From the IMG/VR virus record IMGVR_UViG_3300045973_000311: 64,000 bases of DNA. One strand, 5' to 3'. Below the pieces are notes generated by a model. It worked only from the letters and a program-made list of their open reading frames with translations, did not search any database and had not been told where the DNA came from. Source of the stretch: a virus. Within the stretch, counting starts at the first letter, position 1; each line of letters opens with the position of its first letter. Both the position numbers and the translations under genes were made by a program. Below are positions 19,081 to 26,355 of the stretch, piece by piece.

Positions 19081-19404
19081 TCACGTCTCCCCGTTTTCAC
19101 GACGGTCATGCAGATCGCGGCGATCAGGTTTCCGGCGTTCGCCGTGACGTGGATCTCCGGAGCAGCACTCAACGTGCAGTGCCGGCTGAGATTCGATGGC
19201 TTGACTGCTTTCTGGAAATACCTTGGAAAAATAGTCATAAAGTTTCTGGACGGTATGCACCGAAGGATTGGTGATCGAAACTTGCGCGATCTTGGCCACC
19301 GTCGAAAAAGGTACGCCGGAATCTCGCGCCACGACCTTCTGCGGGATCTTCTTCCTGCGCAGGTGACCGAGAACGACGTCGTAAAAGTTGATGTGTGGGT
19401 CCAT
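19081..19404 (-). CDS. Cro-like HTH regulator
   Basis: QKVVARDSGVPFSTVAKIA...NPSVHTVQKL; divergent from the repressor gene. Confidence 0.8.
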   Translation of the reverse strand: MDPHINFYDVVLGHLRRKKIPQKVVARDSGVPFSTVAKIAQVSITNPSVHTVQKLYDYFSKVFPESSQAIESQPALHVECCSGDPRHGERRKPDRRDLHDRRENGET

Positions 19405-19412
19405 GGGCATAG

Positions 19413-19457
19413 ATCGTATAGCCATCTATGGCTAAACGCAATAGCCGCACATGGCTT
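19413..19457 (-). promoter_or_regulatory. PR-like promoter (TTGCGT-17-TACGAT) with two operators (19419..19434, 19442..19457)
   Basis: Palindromes TAGCCATCTATGGCTA and TAGCCGCACATGGCTT overlap the promoter. Confidence 0.8.
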
Positions 19458-19480
19458 TTGATAAGCGAGAAAATCCATAT

Positions 19481-19936
19481 ATGGACATCACAAAAATCAT
19501 TTCTAAGAATTTAGACGCATGGATGAACAACAATCCAGCGTTGGATACTATTCAAAAATTGGAGGACAAATCCGGAGTCGGATTTGGGACTATTCGCCGC
19601 ACCCGAAAAGGCGAGGGCAATATAACCGTCGAAAAATTGGCGTCTATCGCTTTAGCTTTCAAGCGTCATCCGGCAGAACTGCTCATTGAGGCGGCGGGCG
19701 ATGCTAAGGCCCAGTTTTCTGTAGACGCCTCTTCCGTCACAGACAGTACTGCACGTCATGTTGCCGAACAATCTCCTGCCCCACCGTTTATTTTACGATC
19801 ACCACGTCAGCGCAATATCGATGAAATTCAGGACGTATTAGAGCGAATTAATGATTCTGGAATAGTAGCCATCCTGGAATTTTCAAAGCATGTTGCTCGA
19901 GACCAGCCACTCGACGTATCGAAAACGCTAACGTAA
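19481..19936 (+). CDS. CI-like XRE-family repressor without an S24 peptidase domain
   Basis: N-terminal HTH (IQKLEDKSGVGFGTIRR...NITVEKLASIALAF); only 151 aa. Confidence 0.8.
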   Translation: MDITKIISKNLDAWMNNNPALDTIQKLEDKSGVGFGTIRRTRKGEGNITVEKLASIALAFKRHPAELLIEAAGDAKAQFSVDASSVTDSTARHVAEQSPAPPFILRSPRQRNIDEIQDVLERINDSGIVAILEFSKHVARDQPLDVSKTLT

Positions 19937-20014
19937 TAAATTTAAAGGATTACCGCAGTGAAAATTTATGACCAAAGGGATATTATAAATAGGTCATATT
20001 TAACGGAACATGGC

Positions 20015-20443
20015 ATGAAATCACTAATATTCCCGGTCGTCGTGTTACTGACTTTAGCCGGGTGTTCGTTTGCGCCTGTAAGTGAGCTTAGAAATCTGCA
20101 ACCTACGCGAACAGCACTGTTCAGCGTTGACTATGAAGATCTCGGATCGTGCGTAATAGAGGGTTGGCAAATTGGCGAGAGCGATGGCGGAACACTTGGT
20201 CCTGGAAACTTGGTCTACGAGATCATCATTCGCAGAACAAAAGGCATCATGTACGTAACAAGTAGAGCACCCGGACGTGACTTTGTATTACTGGATACAA
20301 CGTTTTCAAAAACTGGAAATGGGCAGACAACGGTCGACATGCGACAGGGGTTAGTAAACGGTGGACCGGCTAGGGGACCAAGATTGATTGCAGAAAAGTC
20401 ATGGCCGACCATCGAGAAATGCGCGAAAGAGCTAACTAATTAG
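20015..20443 (+). CDS. Lipoprotein (lipobox LAGC), possible superinfection-exclusion protein
   Basis: MKSLIFPVVVLLTLAGC signal; AT-richer sequence; downstream of the repressor and before a terminator. Confidence 0.7.
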   Translation: MKSLIFPVVVLLTLAGCSFAPVSELRNLQPTRTALFSVDYEDLGSCVIEGWQIGESDGGTLGPGNLVYEIIIRRTKGIMYVTSRAPGRDFVLLDTTFSKTGNGQTTVDMRQGLVNGGPARGPRLIAEKSWPTIEKCAKELTN

Positions 20444-20478
20444 CCTTATTCAATCAGCGCCAGCGTAGCTAGGACGCC

Positions 20479-20505
20479 GCCCAGCTTAGCCTGGGCCATT
20501 TTTTT
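20479..20505 (+). terminator. Terminator of the repressor-lipoprotein transcript
   Basis: GCCCAG-CTTAGC-CTGGGC followed by CATTTTTTT. Confidence 0.65.
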
Positions 20506-20514
20506 GTAAAAATA

Positions 20515-20558
20515 TAGCCATAGATGGCTTGACAGCATTAGCCATGAATGGCTATTCT
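20515..20558 (+). promoter_or_regulatory. PL-like early promoter (TTGACA-18-TATTCT) with two operators (20515..20530, 20539..20554)
   Basis: TAGCCATAGATGGCTT and TAGCCATGAATGGCTA palindromes overlap the -35 and -10 elements. Confidence 0.85.
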
Positions 20559-20586
20559 GCTTTCGTACTAACAACCGGAGGCAGTC

Positions 20587-21129
20587 ATGGCCACTCAACG
20601 CAACCCCATAGAATCACCCGACAAGCTGTTCCGCTTGCCCTATGCATCTGAGTTTTACGTCTGCTCCTGCGGCGCTATCGAGCGTAACGATTGCACCTGT
20701 GACCAGGAGACCGTGGTCACCATGCACCGCAATCCCCACACCGCCGATCCTGATCTCGTTCAATGGCTAGCGACACTGAGTGAGCCTTTCACCATTGATC
20801 AAGCCATTGCGGCGCTGGGCCTAGCCAATATAGCTGCCAACAGCAGCGCTCATCGGATAGGGGCGGTGCTGGCGGCCTTCAATGAACTCAGGAAATGCGC
20901 CGCCCATCGCGACGAAGCGACCGGCCTATTCATTCCGCCTTCGGCCGAAACCTTATCTGGTCTACATCTACGCCGGCCTGCACATAGTCAATTACGGCCT
21001 GCAGCACAGCAACTGTCTCCGGCGTTGCCTGCTGATCATCGCGAACCGTCACCAGCGTCGCATGCAGGTCATCAATCAGCGCCTGCCGATTTTCAAGCTG
21101 GTCCGCTATTGCCCCAGCAATCAGCTTGA
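20587..21129 (+). CDS. Hypothetical early protein (3' part may be a shadow of the antisense ORF)
   Basis: GGAGG RBS before the ATG; C-terminal part has low-complexity composition. Confidence 0.4.
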   Translation: MATQRNPIESPDKLFRLPYASEFYVCSCGAIERNDCTCDQETVVTMHRNPHTADPDLVQWLATLSEPFTIDQAIAALGLANIAANSSAHRIGAVLAAFNELRKCAAHRDEATGLFIPPSAETLSGLHLRRPAHSQLRPAAQQLSPALPADHREPSPASHAGHQSAPADFQAGPLLPQQSA

Positions 21130-21160
21130 TCGCTTCCGTCATCGATTCGAAATCCGTCAT
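20930..21160 (-). CDS. Small acidic helical protein antisense to the early operon
   Basis: MTDFESMTEAIKLIAGAIADQLENRQALIDDLH..., with protein-like composition. Confidence 0.45.
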   Translation of the reverse strand: MTDFESMTEAIKLIAGAIADQLENRQALIDDLHATLVTVRDDQQATPETVAVLQAVIDYVQAGVDVDQIRFRPKAE

Positions 21161-21205
21161 CGCACCCGCCCGTAAATGAAATCAGCATCTTATCAGGAGC
21201 CCACC

Positions 21206-21802
21206 ATGACCCACCCCTTAGCCTCACTAAAACGCCGTCTCGAACGCTGGGAACTTGACCACCTTCGCCAGCTCGCCTCTGATCTTGCCTACCGTCTCGA
21301 GCGCGCTGAAGAAGACGCCCGCAGCGAACGTAAGATCGCCGACTACTGGAACGATCAGGCCACCAGCATGATGCGTGATCTGATGGAAGATAGCGAAACC
21401 ATCGGTCTGACTAAAGTCGGTACAGTCGGCGTGATCGACATAACTGCCCTAATTCGTCTCCCCGACCTTGCCACCGGCGAGCGCTACCTGTGCGGCATCG
21501 TCAACGACGACGGCACCATCACGCATTCCATCCTCCTGCCCGGCGACAACGATCGGGCAGGCTGGGTAGCTCAGAAAGAATGGGCAGCCAGCATCGGCGG
21601 CAACCTCCTGAACCGCACCGAACTGCTTGCCGGCTACGAAAAGATGCCGGAAGAGTTTCAAAAAGAGGCGTACTGGTCGGAATCAAATCACGTCTCGGCC
21701 TCTGGTTATGCCTGGTCCCAGGATTTCCACCTTGGCTACCAGTACTACAGCACCACCGACGACGAGCTCCGCGCCCGAGCCGTCCGCAGATTGACCATTT
21801 AG
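21206..21802 (+). CDS. DGR target protein 2: N-terminal coiled coil plus CLec/DUF1566-like domain
   Basis: AGGAG RBS; ends YWSES...AWSQDF...RARAVRRLTI; carries a VR. Confidence 0.9.
   Translation: MTHPLASLKRRLERWELDHLRQLASDLAYRLERAEEDARSERKIADYWNDQATSMMRDLMEDSETIGLTKVGTVGVIDITALIRLPDLATGERYLCGIVNDDGTITHSILLPGDNDRAGWVAQKEWAASIGGNLLNRTELLAGYEKMPEEFQKEAYWSESNHVSASGYAWSQDFHLGYQYYSTTDDELRARAVRRLTI
21689..21787 (+). repeat. DGR variable region VR2
   Basis: 99-nt ungapped alignment to the TR; 12 mismatches, all at TR adenines. Confidence 0.97.
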
Positions 21803-21829
21803 TCATTCATCAATTTTATTGAGGTTGAT

Positions 21830-22024
21830 ATGGCTACGCGAAACCCACTCCAGATCATCAAGGAAGCCAAACAGATCGCCAGCGATTACGGTGGCTTCAT
21901 CGTTGAAAAGGCCGGGCGGTTTCTGGTCTATCGGCGTACCCCAACCCGCAACATCTACGAAGGCTACCGGAGTGACCCGGCCGCGGTGCGCTCCTTCGTT
22001 TGCAAGATTTTCAACTTCCACTAG
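21830..22024 (+). CDS. Hypothetical protein, 64 aa
   Basis: GAGG RBS; clean ORF. Confidence 0.65.
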   Translation: MATRNPLQIIKEAKQIASDYGGFIVEKAGRFLVYRRTPTRNIYEGYRSDPAAVRSFVCKIFNFH

Positions 22025-22167
22025 GAGCCGTCCATGCGTCTGCACTTGTCCGCATTGAAGGTCCATTTAGCGCACTTTGCCGCCACTGGCAGCGGTCGCT
22101 ACATCGGCCTCCTTTTTACCCCATCCGGCATCCCCACGATGGCTACCGTTCCACAGGCCTCCTGATC

Positions 22168-22374
22168 ATGGCCAGCATTCATATCCCAAAAACCGCCGAA
22201 GTGCTTGATGCCTTCGCCACTGCCAAGAATGCCGGTATGCGCCTGTTCATCGATGGCCAGCGCGCCGTAATTGCCCGTGAAAAGCCGGCCAATGGCCTGT
22301 GGGCCGAAGTCAAGGTGCGTGTCGTCGGCCCCCACCATGCCCGGATCCAGGAGGTCGCATGCTCGGTCGCTTGA
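22168..22374 (+). CDS. Hypothetical protein
   Basis: MASIHIPKTAEVLDAF...; part of the early operon. Confidence 0.55.
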   Translation: MASIHIPKTAEVLDAFATAKNAGMRLFIDGQRAVIAREKPANGLWAEVKVRVVGPHHARIQEVACSVA

Positions 22375-22568
22375 TGAAGTGGATCTATCGAACATTTTTT
22401 GGCATCACGAGCAAGGCCAATCCGGCTGACGAACTGGAGAAGCTCGAGGCCGAGCGCGAGACCTTGCAGGCCGCCTACCAGGGCATCAATCAGGCGCTGA
22501 TCATCAACCGCAAGCGCATCGATACCCTGATCGACCGCCAGATCGAAGACTTGGAGCTATCGCTATGA
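22359..22568 (+). CDS. Hypothetical coiled-coil protein
   Basis: AGGAGG RBS; stop overlaps the next start. Confidence 0.55.
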   Translation: MLGRLMKWIYRTFFGITSKANPADELEKLEAERETLQAAYQGINQALIINRKRIDTLIDRQIEDLELSL

Positions 22569-22870
22569 GCCGCCATGTTGATCATACCGGCGCCTTTGAG
22601 ATTACGAGCCTACCCGGGCAGTCTCAGGTCGCCATTTGCCATGGATTCTTCATCAACGAATTGCAGCGCGGCCGTGGGCAAGGAAAGGTACTCAAGGCCC
22701 TGCAAAAGCGTGCTTTGCGTACGCTGCACTATGATTTTGCCGTGTGCACCGTAGCCGCCGGTAATGAGGCCCAGAAAAAATGCCTCGAGAGCGCTGGCTG
22801 GGCAAAGCTGACCGAGTTCCGCAATCGTCGGAGCAGCGAAACAACGGAAATCTGGGGGGTGCAGCCGTGA
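22565..22870 (+). CDS. Small GNAT-family acetyltransferase-like protein
   Basis: Motif A-like FFINELQRGRGQG and motif B-like TVAAGNEAQKKCLESAGW. Confidence 0.65.
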   Translation: MSRHVDHTGAFEITSLPGQSQVAICHGFFINELQRGRGQGKVLKALQKRALRTLHYDFAVCTVAAGNEAQKKCLESAGWAKLTEFRNRRSSETTEIWGVQP

Positions 22871-23223
22871 CTCTTCCATATCACCCGGCGATTGATCCTA
22901 ATCGCCCCTTGAGCGACAAAGCCGCGCGCGGTGGCATCCCAGCCCTGCGATCCGAAGCCATTCGGCTATCAGCCGCCATTGCCGCCTGTTCGGTGCACCT
23001 CAAGCACTACCAGGTAAAGGTCGACGCAGTCCTCGCTGCGATCAACCCGGCACCCACCGTCGATATCGATCCACATCTGACCCCTATTGAACTCGCCCTA
23101 AACCCCGGTGTTTTCGACCAGGCGGAACGCATCGTCATTGCCCTGCAGGCCGTCGACCCTGACCGTTCAGTCGAGGATTGCCTCAACACCATTTTCTGTG
23201 CCGGCCTGCTGACGCTGGCCTAA
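22867..23223 (+). CDS. Hypothetical protein (GTG start overlapping the upstream stop)
   Basis: GTGA coupling. Confidence 0.5.
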   Translation: MTLPYHPAIDPNRPLSDKAARGGIPALRSEAIRLSAAIAACSVHLKHYQVKVDAVLAAINPAPTVDIDPHLTPIELALNPGVFDQAERIVIALQAVDPDRSVEDCLNTIFCAGLLTLA

Positions 23224-23241
23224 TAATCTTCTGGAGACTTC

Positions 23242-23481
23242 ATGAGCACTCGAAAAACTATTCTTTCCGCGCTGGCTAAACATGGGCAATGCACTTACGA
23301 CGACCTCGAACGCCTGACCGGTATCGCCCGTGACAAGGCGCGGATCGCCATCAACGATGCTAAAAAAGCCGAGCACGTATCGCTACAGAAAGATGACGTC
23401 ACTGGCCAGCCTGCTTACAAGATAACGCCTACGGGAAAGACCTGGCTGGCGAAAATACCAGCGCCGAAGCTCCTGTCCTGA
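23242..23481 (+). CDS. Winged-helix DNA-binding protein
   Basis: TILSALAKHGQCTYDDLERLTGI...YKITPTGK. Confidence 0.6.
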   Translation: MSTRKTILSALAKHGQCTYDDLERLTGIARDKARIAINDAKKAEHVSLQKDDVTGQPAYKITPTGKTWLAKIPAPKLLS

Positions 23482-23978
23482 TGGTTTCCGAGATCAAGAG
23501 CGCTGCGGCTGAAATTGATGAAGCAGACCGCTTGGTAATGGGCCCAGCGACAACTGCTTACCTGATTAAATTGGAAGCTGAACTCGCCGACTGGCAGCGC
23601 ATTGCCGCCACCGTTGGCGTGGGGACGCCAGATGACCTGCAGACGCACTTGGCCTTCCAAGATGGCGAACTGGTCGACGCCGTCCGCAAGGCAAACGAAG
23701 CGCAAGAACAACTTACGGCGCTGGAAATGGAAGCCGCCGACAAAATTGCTTCATCCCAGCTCGAATCGTCCGACCCAGTTGGCTACGTCGTGGCCAGCCC
23801 CAACAAGCCGTTGCGCCGTTTTCACAAAGCAAGCCCAGCACAGGCCTACGCCTCTTCCTATGCCCGGGCCAACGGCCTGGCTGAAATATTTGCCATCTAC
23901 CCCCACGCCAAAGCTGTGCGCGGCGTGGAGTGGAAACCCATCAACAAACCCACTACCGCCTCAAGGAGCGCCCCATGA
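23481..23978 (+). CDS. Hypothetical protein
   Basis: Coupled to its neighbours (TGATG, ATGA). Confidence 0.55.
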   Translation: MVSEIKSAAAEIDEADRLVMGPATTAYLIKLEAELADWQRIAATVGVGTPDDLQTHLAFQDGELVDAVRKANEAQEQLTALEMEAADKIASSQLESSDPVGYVVASPNKPLRRFHKASPAQAYASSYARANGLAEIFAIYPHAKAVRGVEWKPINKPTTASRSAP

Positions 23979-24589
23979 AATTCACGTTAGAAACAACCCT
24001 TCCAGACCTTGGCGCTGCGCTTGAAGGCGGCTTCTTTGCTGGACGATTCACGGATGACGGCAAGTCATTTTCCTTGATCGTATCGCCCAAGGCCGAAGGT
24101 GAAAACAAGCCGGCCATCTGGATTCCGAAATATAAGGCGGTCCCCGGCGCCCTGTCCTACGTCGACGGGCAGGCCAATACAAAGGCCATGGCCGACGAAG
24201 GTAGTGCCTTGGCCAAGTGGGCACTGAAGCTGCACATCAATGATTTCGACGACTGGTATCTGCCCGCCCAGGATGAAGCTGAAATCCTCTACCGAAACCT
24301 GAAGCCGACCACCCGCGAAAACTATTGCTGGGCCCGCTCCGGTATCAACCTGTCGGCCATTCCGCCGACCCGGCCAAACACCCGAACCTTCCCAGCGCAA
24401 ACGCCTGTCGCAGCCTTCCAGAAAGGGGGCAGCGAGGCGTTTGAGGAAGAAGCCTACTGGACCAGCACCCAGCACGTCTCGGCCTCTGATTCTGCCTGGT
24501 ACCAGGGTTTCACCAATGGCAGCCAGTCCTGCAGCTACACCGACGGCAAGCTCCGCGCCCGAGCCGTCCGCAGATTAGAAATTTTGTAA
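23975..24589 (+). CDS. DGR target protein 1: CLec/DUF1566-like protein, 204 aa
   Basis: AAGGAG RBS; GGFFAG...DGQANT...DWYLPAQDE...YWTSTQ...AWYQGF...RARAVRRL; carries a VR. Confidence 0.92.
   Translation: MKFTLETTLPDLGAALEGGFFAGRFTDDGKSFSLIVSPKAEGENKPAIWIPKYKAVPGALSYVDGQANTKAMADEGSALAKWALKLHINDFDDWYLPAQDEAEILYRNLKPTTRENYCWARSGINLSAIPPTRPNTRTFPAQTPVAAFQKGGSEAFEEEAYWTSTQHVSASDSAWYQGFTNGSQSCSYTDGKLRARAVRRLEIL
24473..24571 (+). repeat. DGR variable region VR1
   Basis: 99-nt ungapped alignment to the TR; 12 mismatches, all at TR adenines. Confidence 0.97.
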
Positions 24590-24613
24590 TTTAACCATTC
24601 GATTTTCATCAGC

Positions 24614-24967
24614 ATGGCACTCCACACCTCCCTGCCGATTTATAAGGCGGCCTATACGCTGTTCGATCTGATCACGGATCTTGCCAAGAACATGCCGCGC
24701 GATTTCAAGCACAGCATCGGCGGTAAGCTTCGAGATGAACTAGTCGAGATCCTGGTGCTGATCTTTCGGGCAAATACCGCCCGCGAGAAAGCTATCCACC
24801 TCGAAACACTGATCGAGCGCCTGCAGGTCACTGAATTGCTTCTGCGGCTTTCGCGGGACAAGCACCTGATCTCTACGGGTCAGTATGCCAAAACCGTTGA
24901 ACTGACGCAGAGCATCGGCCGGCAGGCCGGTGGATGGCGCCGCTCCTCCGCATCGCCTGTTTCGTAA
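24614..24967 (+). CDS. avd: DGR accessory variability determinant (four-helix bundle)
   Basis: LPIYKAAY...MPRDFKHSIG...IGRQAGGW; lies between target gene and TR. Confidence 0.92.
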   Translation: MALHTSLPIYKAAYTLFDLITDLAKNMPRDFKHSIGGKLRDELVEILVLIFRANTAREKAIHLETLIERLQVTELLLRLSRDKHLISTGQYAKTVELTQSIGRQAGGWRRSSASPVS

Positions 24968-25139
24968 TGGTCACGGCCATCATGACTGAGCGACATATCA
25001 ATCTGGTCTCGCCGCTGGCTCACAAGGCCACCGCCATGCGCACCACGGATACCACGGGCAGCAGCCAGGATCGGTCCGGCGCAGTTTCTCCCTTGATCGG
25101 CTCAGGCCTTCTCGGGTGCGACGTAGATAGCGAGCACAC

Positions 25140-25238
25140 CACGTCTCGGCCTCTGATTATGCCTGGTACCAGAATTTCAACAATGGCAACCAGAACTACA
25201 GCAACACCAACAACAAGCTCCGCGCCCGAGCCGTCCGC
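25140..25238 (+). ncRNA. DGR template repeat (TR)
   Basis: 28 adenines and 8 AAY codons; matches both VRs except at A positions. Confidence 0.95.
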
Positions 25239-26355
25239 AAATCGATACGCGGCCCACCATGCTGATTTTTCTTTCACCGAGCTCGTTCAGGCCTATTTCG
25301 ATTGCCGAGAGCACAAGCGCAACAGCGCCAGCGCCCTGGCTTTCGAGCAGGATCTTGAGCGCAACCTGTTCCAACTGGATAGCGAGCTGCGTAACGGCAG
25401 CTATCGCCCTGGTCGTTCGATCTGCTTTGTCATCACCCGACCGAAAGCCCGCGAAGTCTGGGCCGCTGATTTTCGCGACCGGATTGTGCATCACCTGTTC
25501 TATAACCGGATTTCGCCGCGCTTTTACGCCTCGTTCATCCCCGACTCCTGCGCTTGCATTCCAGGGCGAGGCACACTGTATGCAGCCCAGCGACTGGAGT
25601 CGAAGGTCCGCAGCATTACCCAGAATTGGAGCCGACCAGCGTATTACCTGAAGCTTGATCTGGCCAATTTCTTTGTCGCCATCGATAAAGGGATTCTCCG
25701 GAATCTGATCGCAGCCCGGGTAGCTGAGCCGTTCTGGTTGCAACTGGCTGAATCCATCCTCTTCCATGATCCACGCCAGGACTTTGAATATCGCGGCGAC
25801 GTGGCCAAGATGGATCTGGTTCCAGCACACAAGCGCCTGACCAACCAGCCGGTAACCCTTGGCCTGCCGATAGGCAACCTATCAAGCCAGTTCTTCGCCA
25901 ACATCTACTTGGACCGGCTTGACCAATTCTGCAAGCACCAGCTGAGAGCCCGGCACTACATCCGCTACGTCGACGACTTCATCCTGTTGCACGAATCGCC
26001 TGACTGGCTCAATGAGGCCAAGGGTCGTATCGAGCAGTTTATCGGTGCAACGCTTGCCGCACACATCAACCCCCGCAAGACCATCCTGCAGCCGGTCGAC
26101 CGCGGCATTGATTTCGTTGGCCAGGTGATCAAGCCCTGGCACCGCGTTACCCGTCGGCGCACCTTCAAGGCCGCCATCCAGCGCGTCCGCCATATTGCAG
26201 CCGGCGATCTGCTCGAGTCCGCTAACAGTTACTTCGGCCTGTTCCGGCAAGCTGATCACAGCCACCACGACCGCGCCCAGTTCGCCAACGAATTGCGCTA
26301 TCGCGGCCATTCCATCAAATCTGACCTAACCAAGACTTATCGGAGGAACGCATGA
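25183..26355 (+). CDS. DGR reverse transcriptase (start uncertain: 24967, 25159 or 25183)
   Basis: [10 protein letters not shown] (DGR-type GxxxSQ), [14 protein letters not shown]; adjacent to avd and TR. Confidence 0.95.
   Translation: MATRTTATPTTSSAPEPSANRYAAHHADFSFTELVQAYFDCREHKRNSASALAFEQDLERNLFQLDSELRNGSYRPGRSICFVITRPKAREVWAADFRDRIVHHLFYNRISPRFYASFIPDSCACIPGRGTLYAAQRLESKVRSITQNWSRPAYYLKLDLANFFVAIDKGILRNLIAARVAEPFWLQLAESILFHDPRQDFEYRGDVAKMDLVPAHKRLTNQPVTLGLPIGNLSSQFFANIYLDRLDQFCKHQLRARHYIRYVDDFILLHESPDWLNEAKGRIEQFIGATLAAHINPRKTILQPVDRGIDFVGQVIKPWHRVTRRRTFKAAIQRVRHIAAGDLLESANSYFGLFRQADHSHHDRAQFANELRYRGHSIKSDLTKTYRRNA

Noticed and set aside
18857-19084. 75-aa minus-strand ORF between cro and cII
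   Set aside because: Ser-rich shadow of the more protein-like 43-aa plus-strand ORF; not fully excluded.
25183-26355. RT as group II intron, retron or Abi RT
   Set aside because: GxxxSQ motif, adjacent avd and an adenine-specific TR/VR pair identify a DGR; there is no maturase or endonuclease extension.
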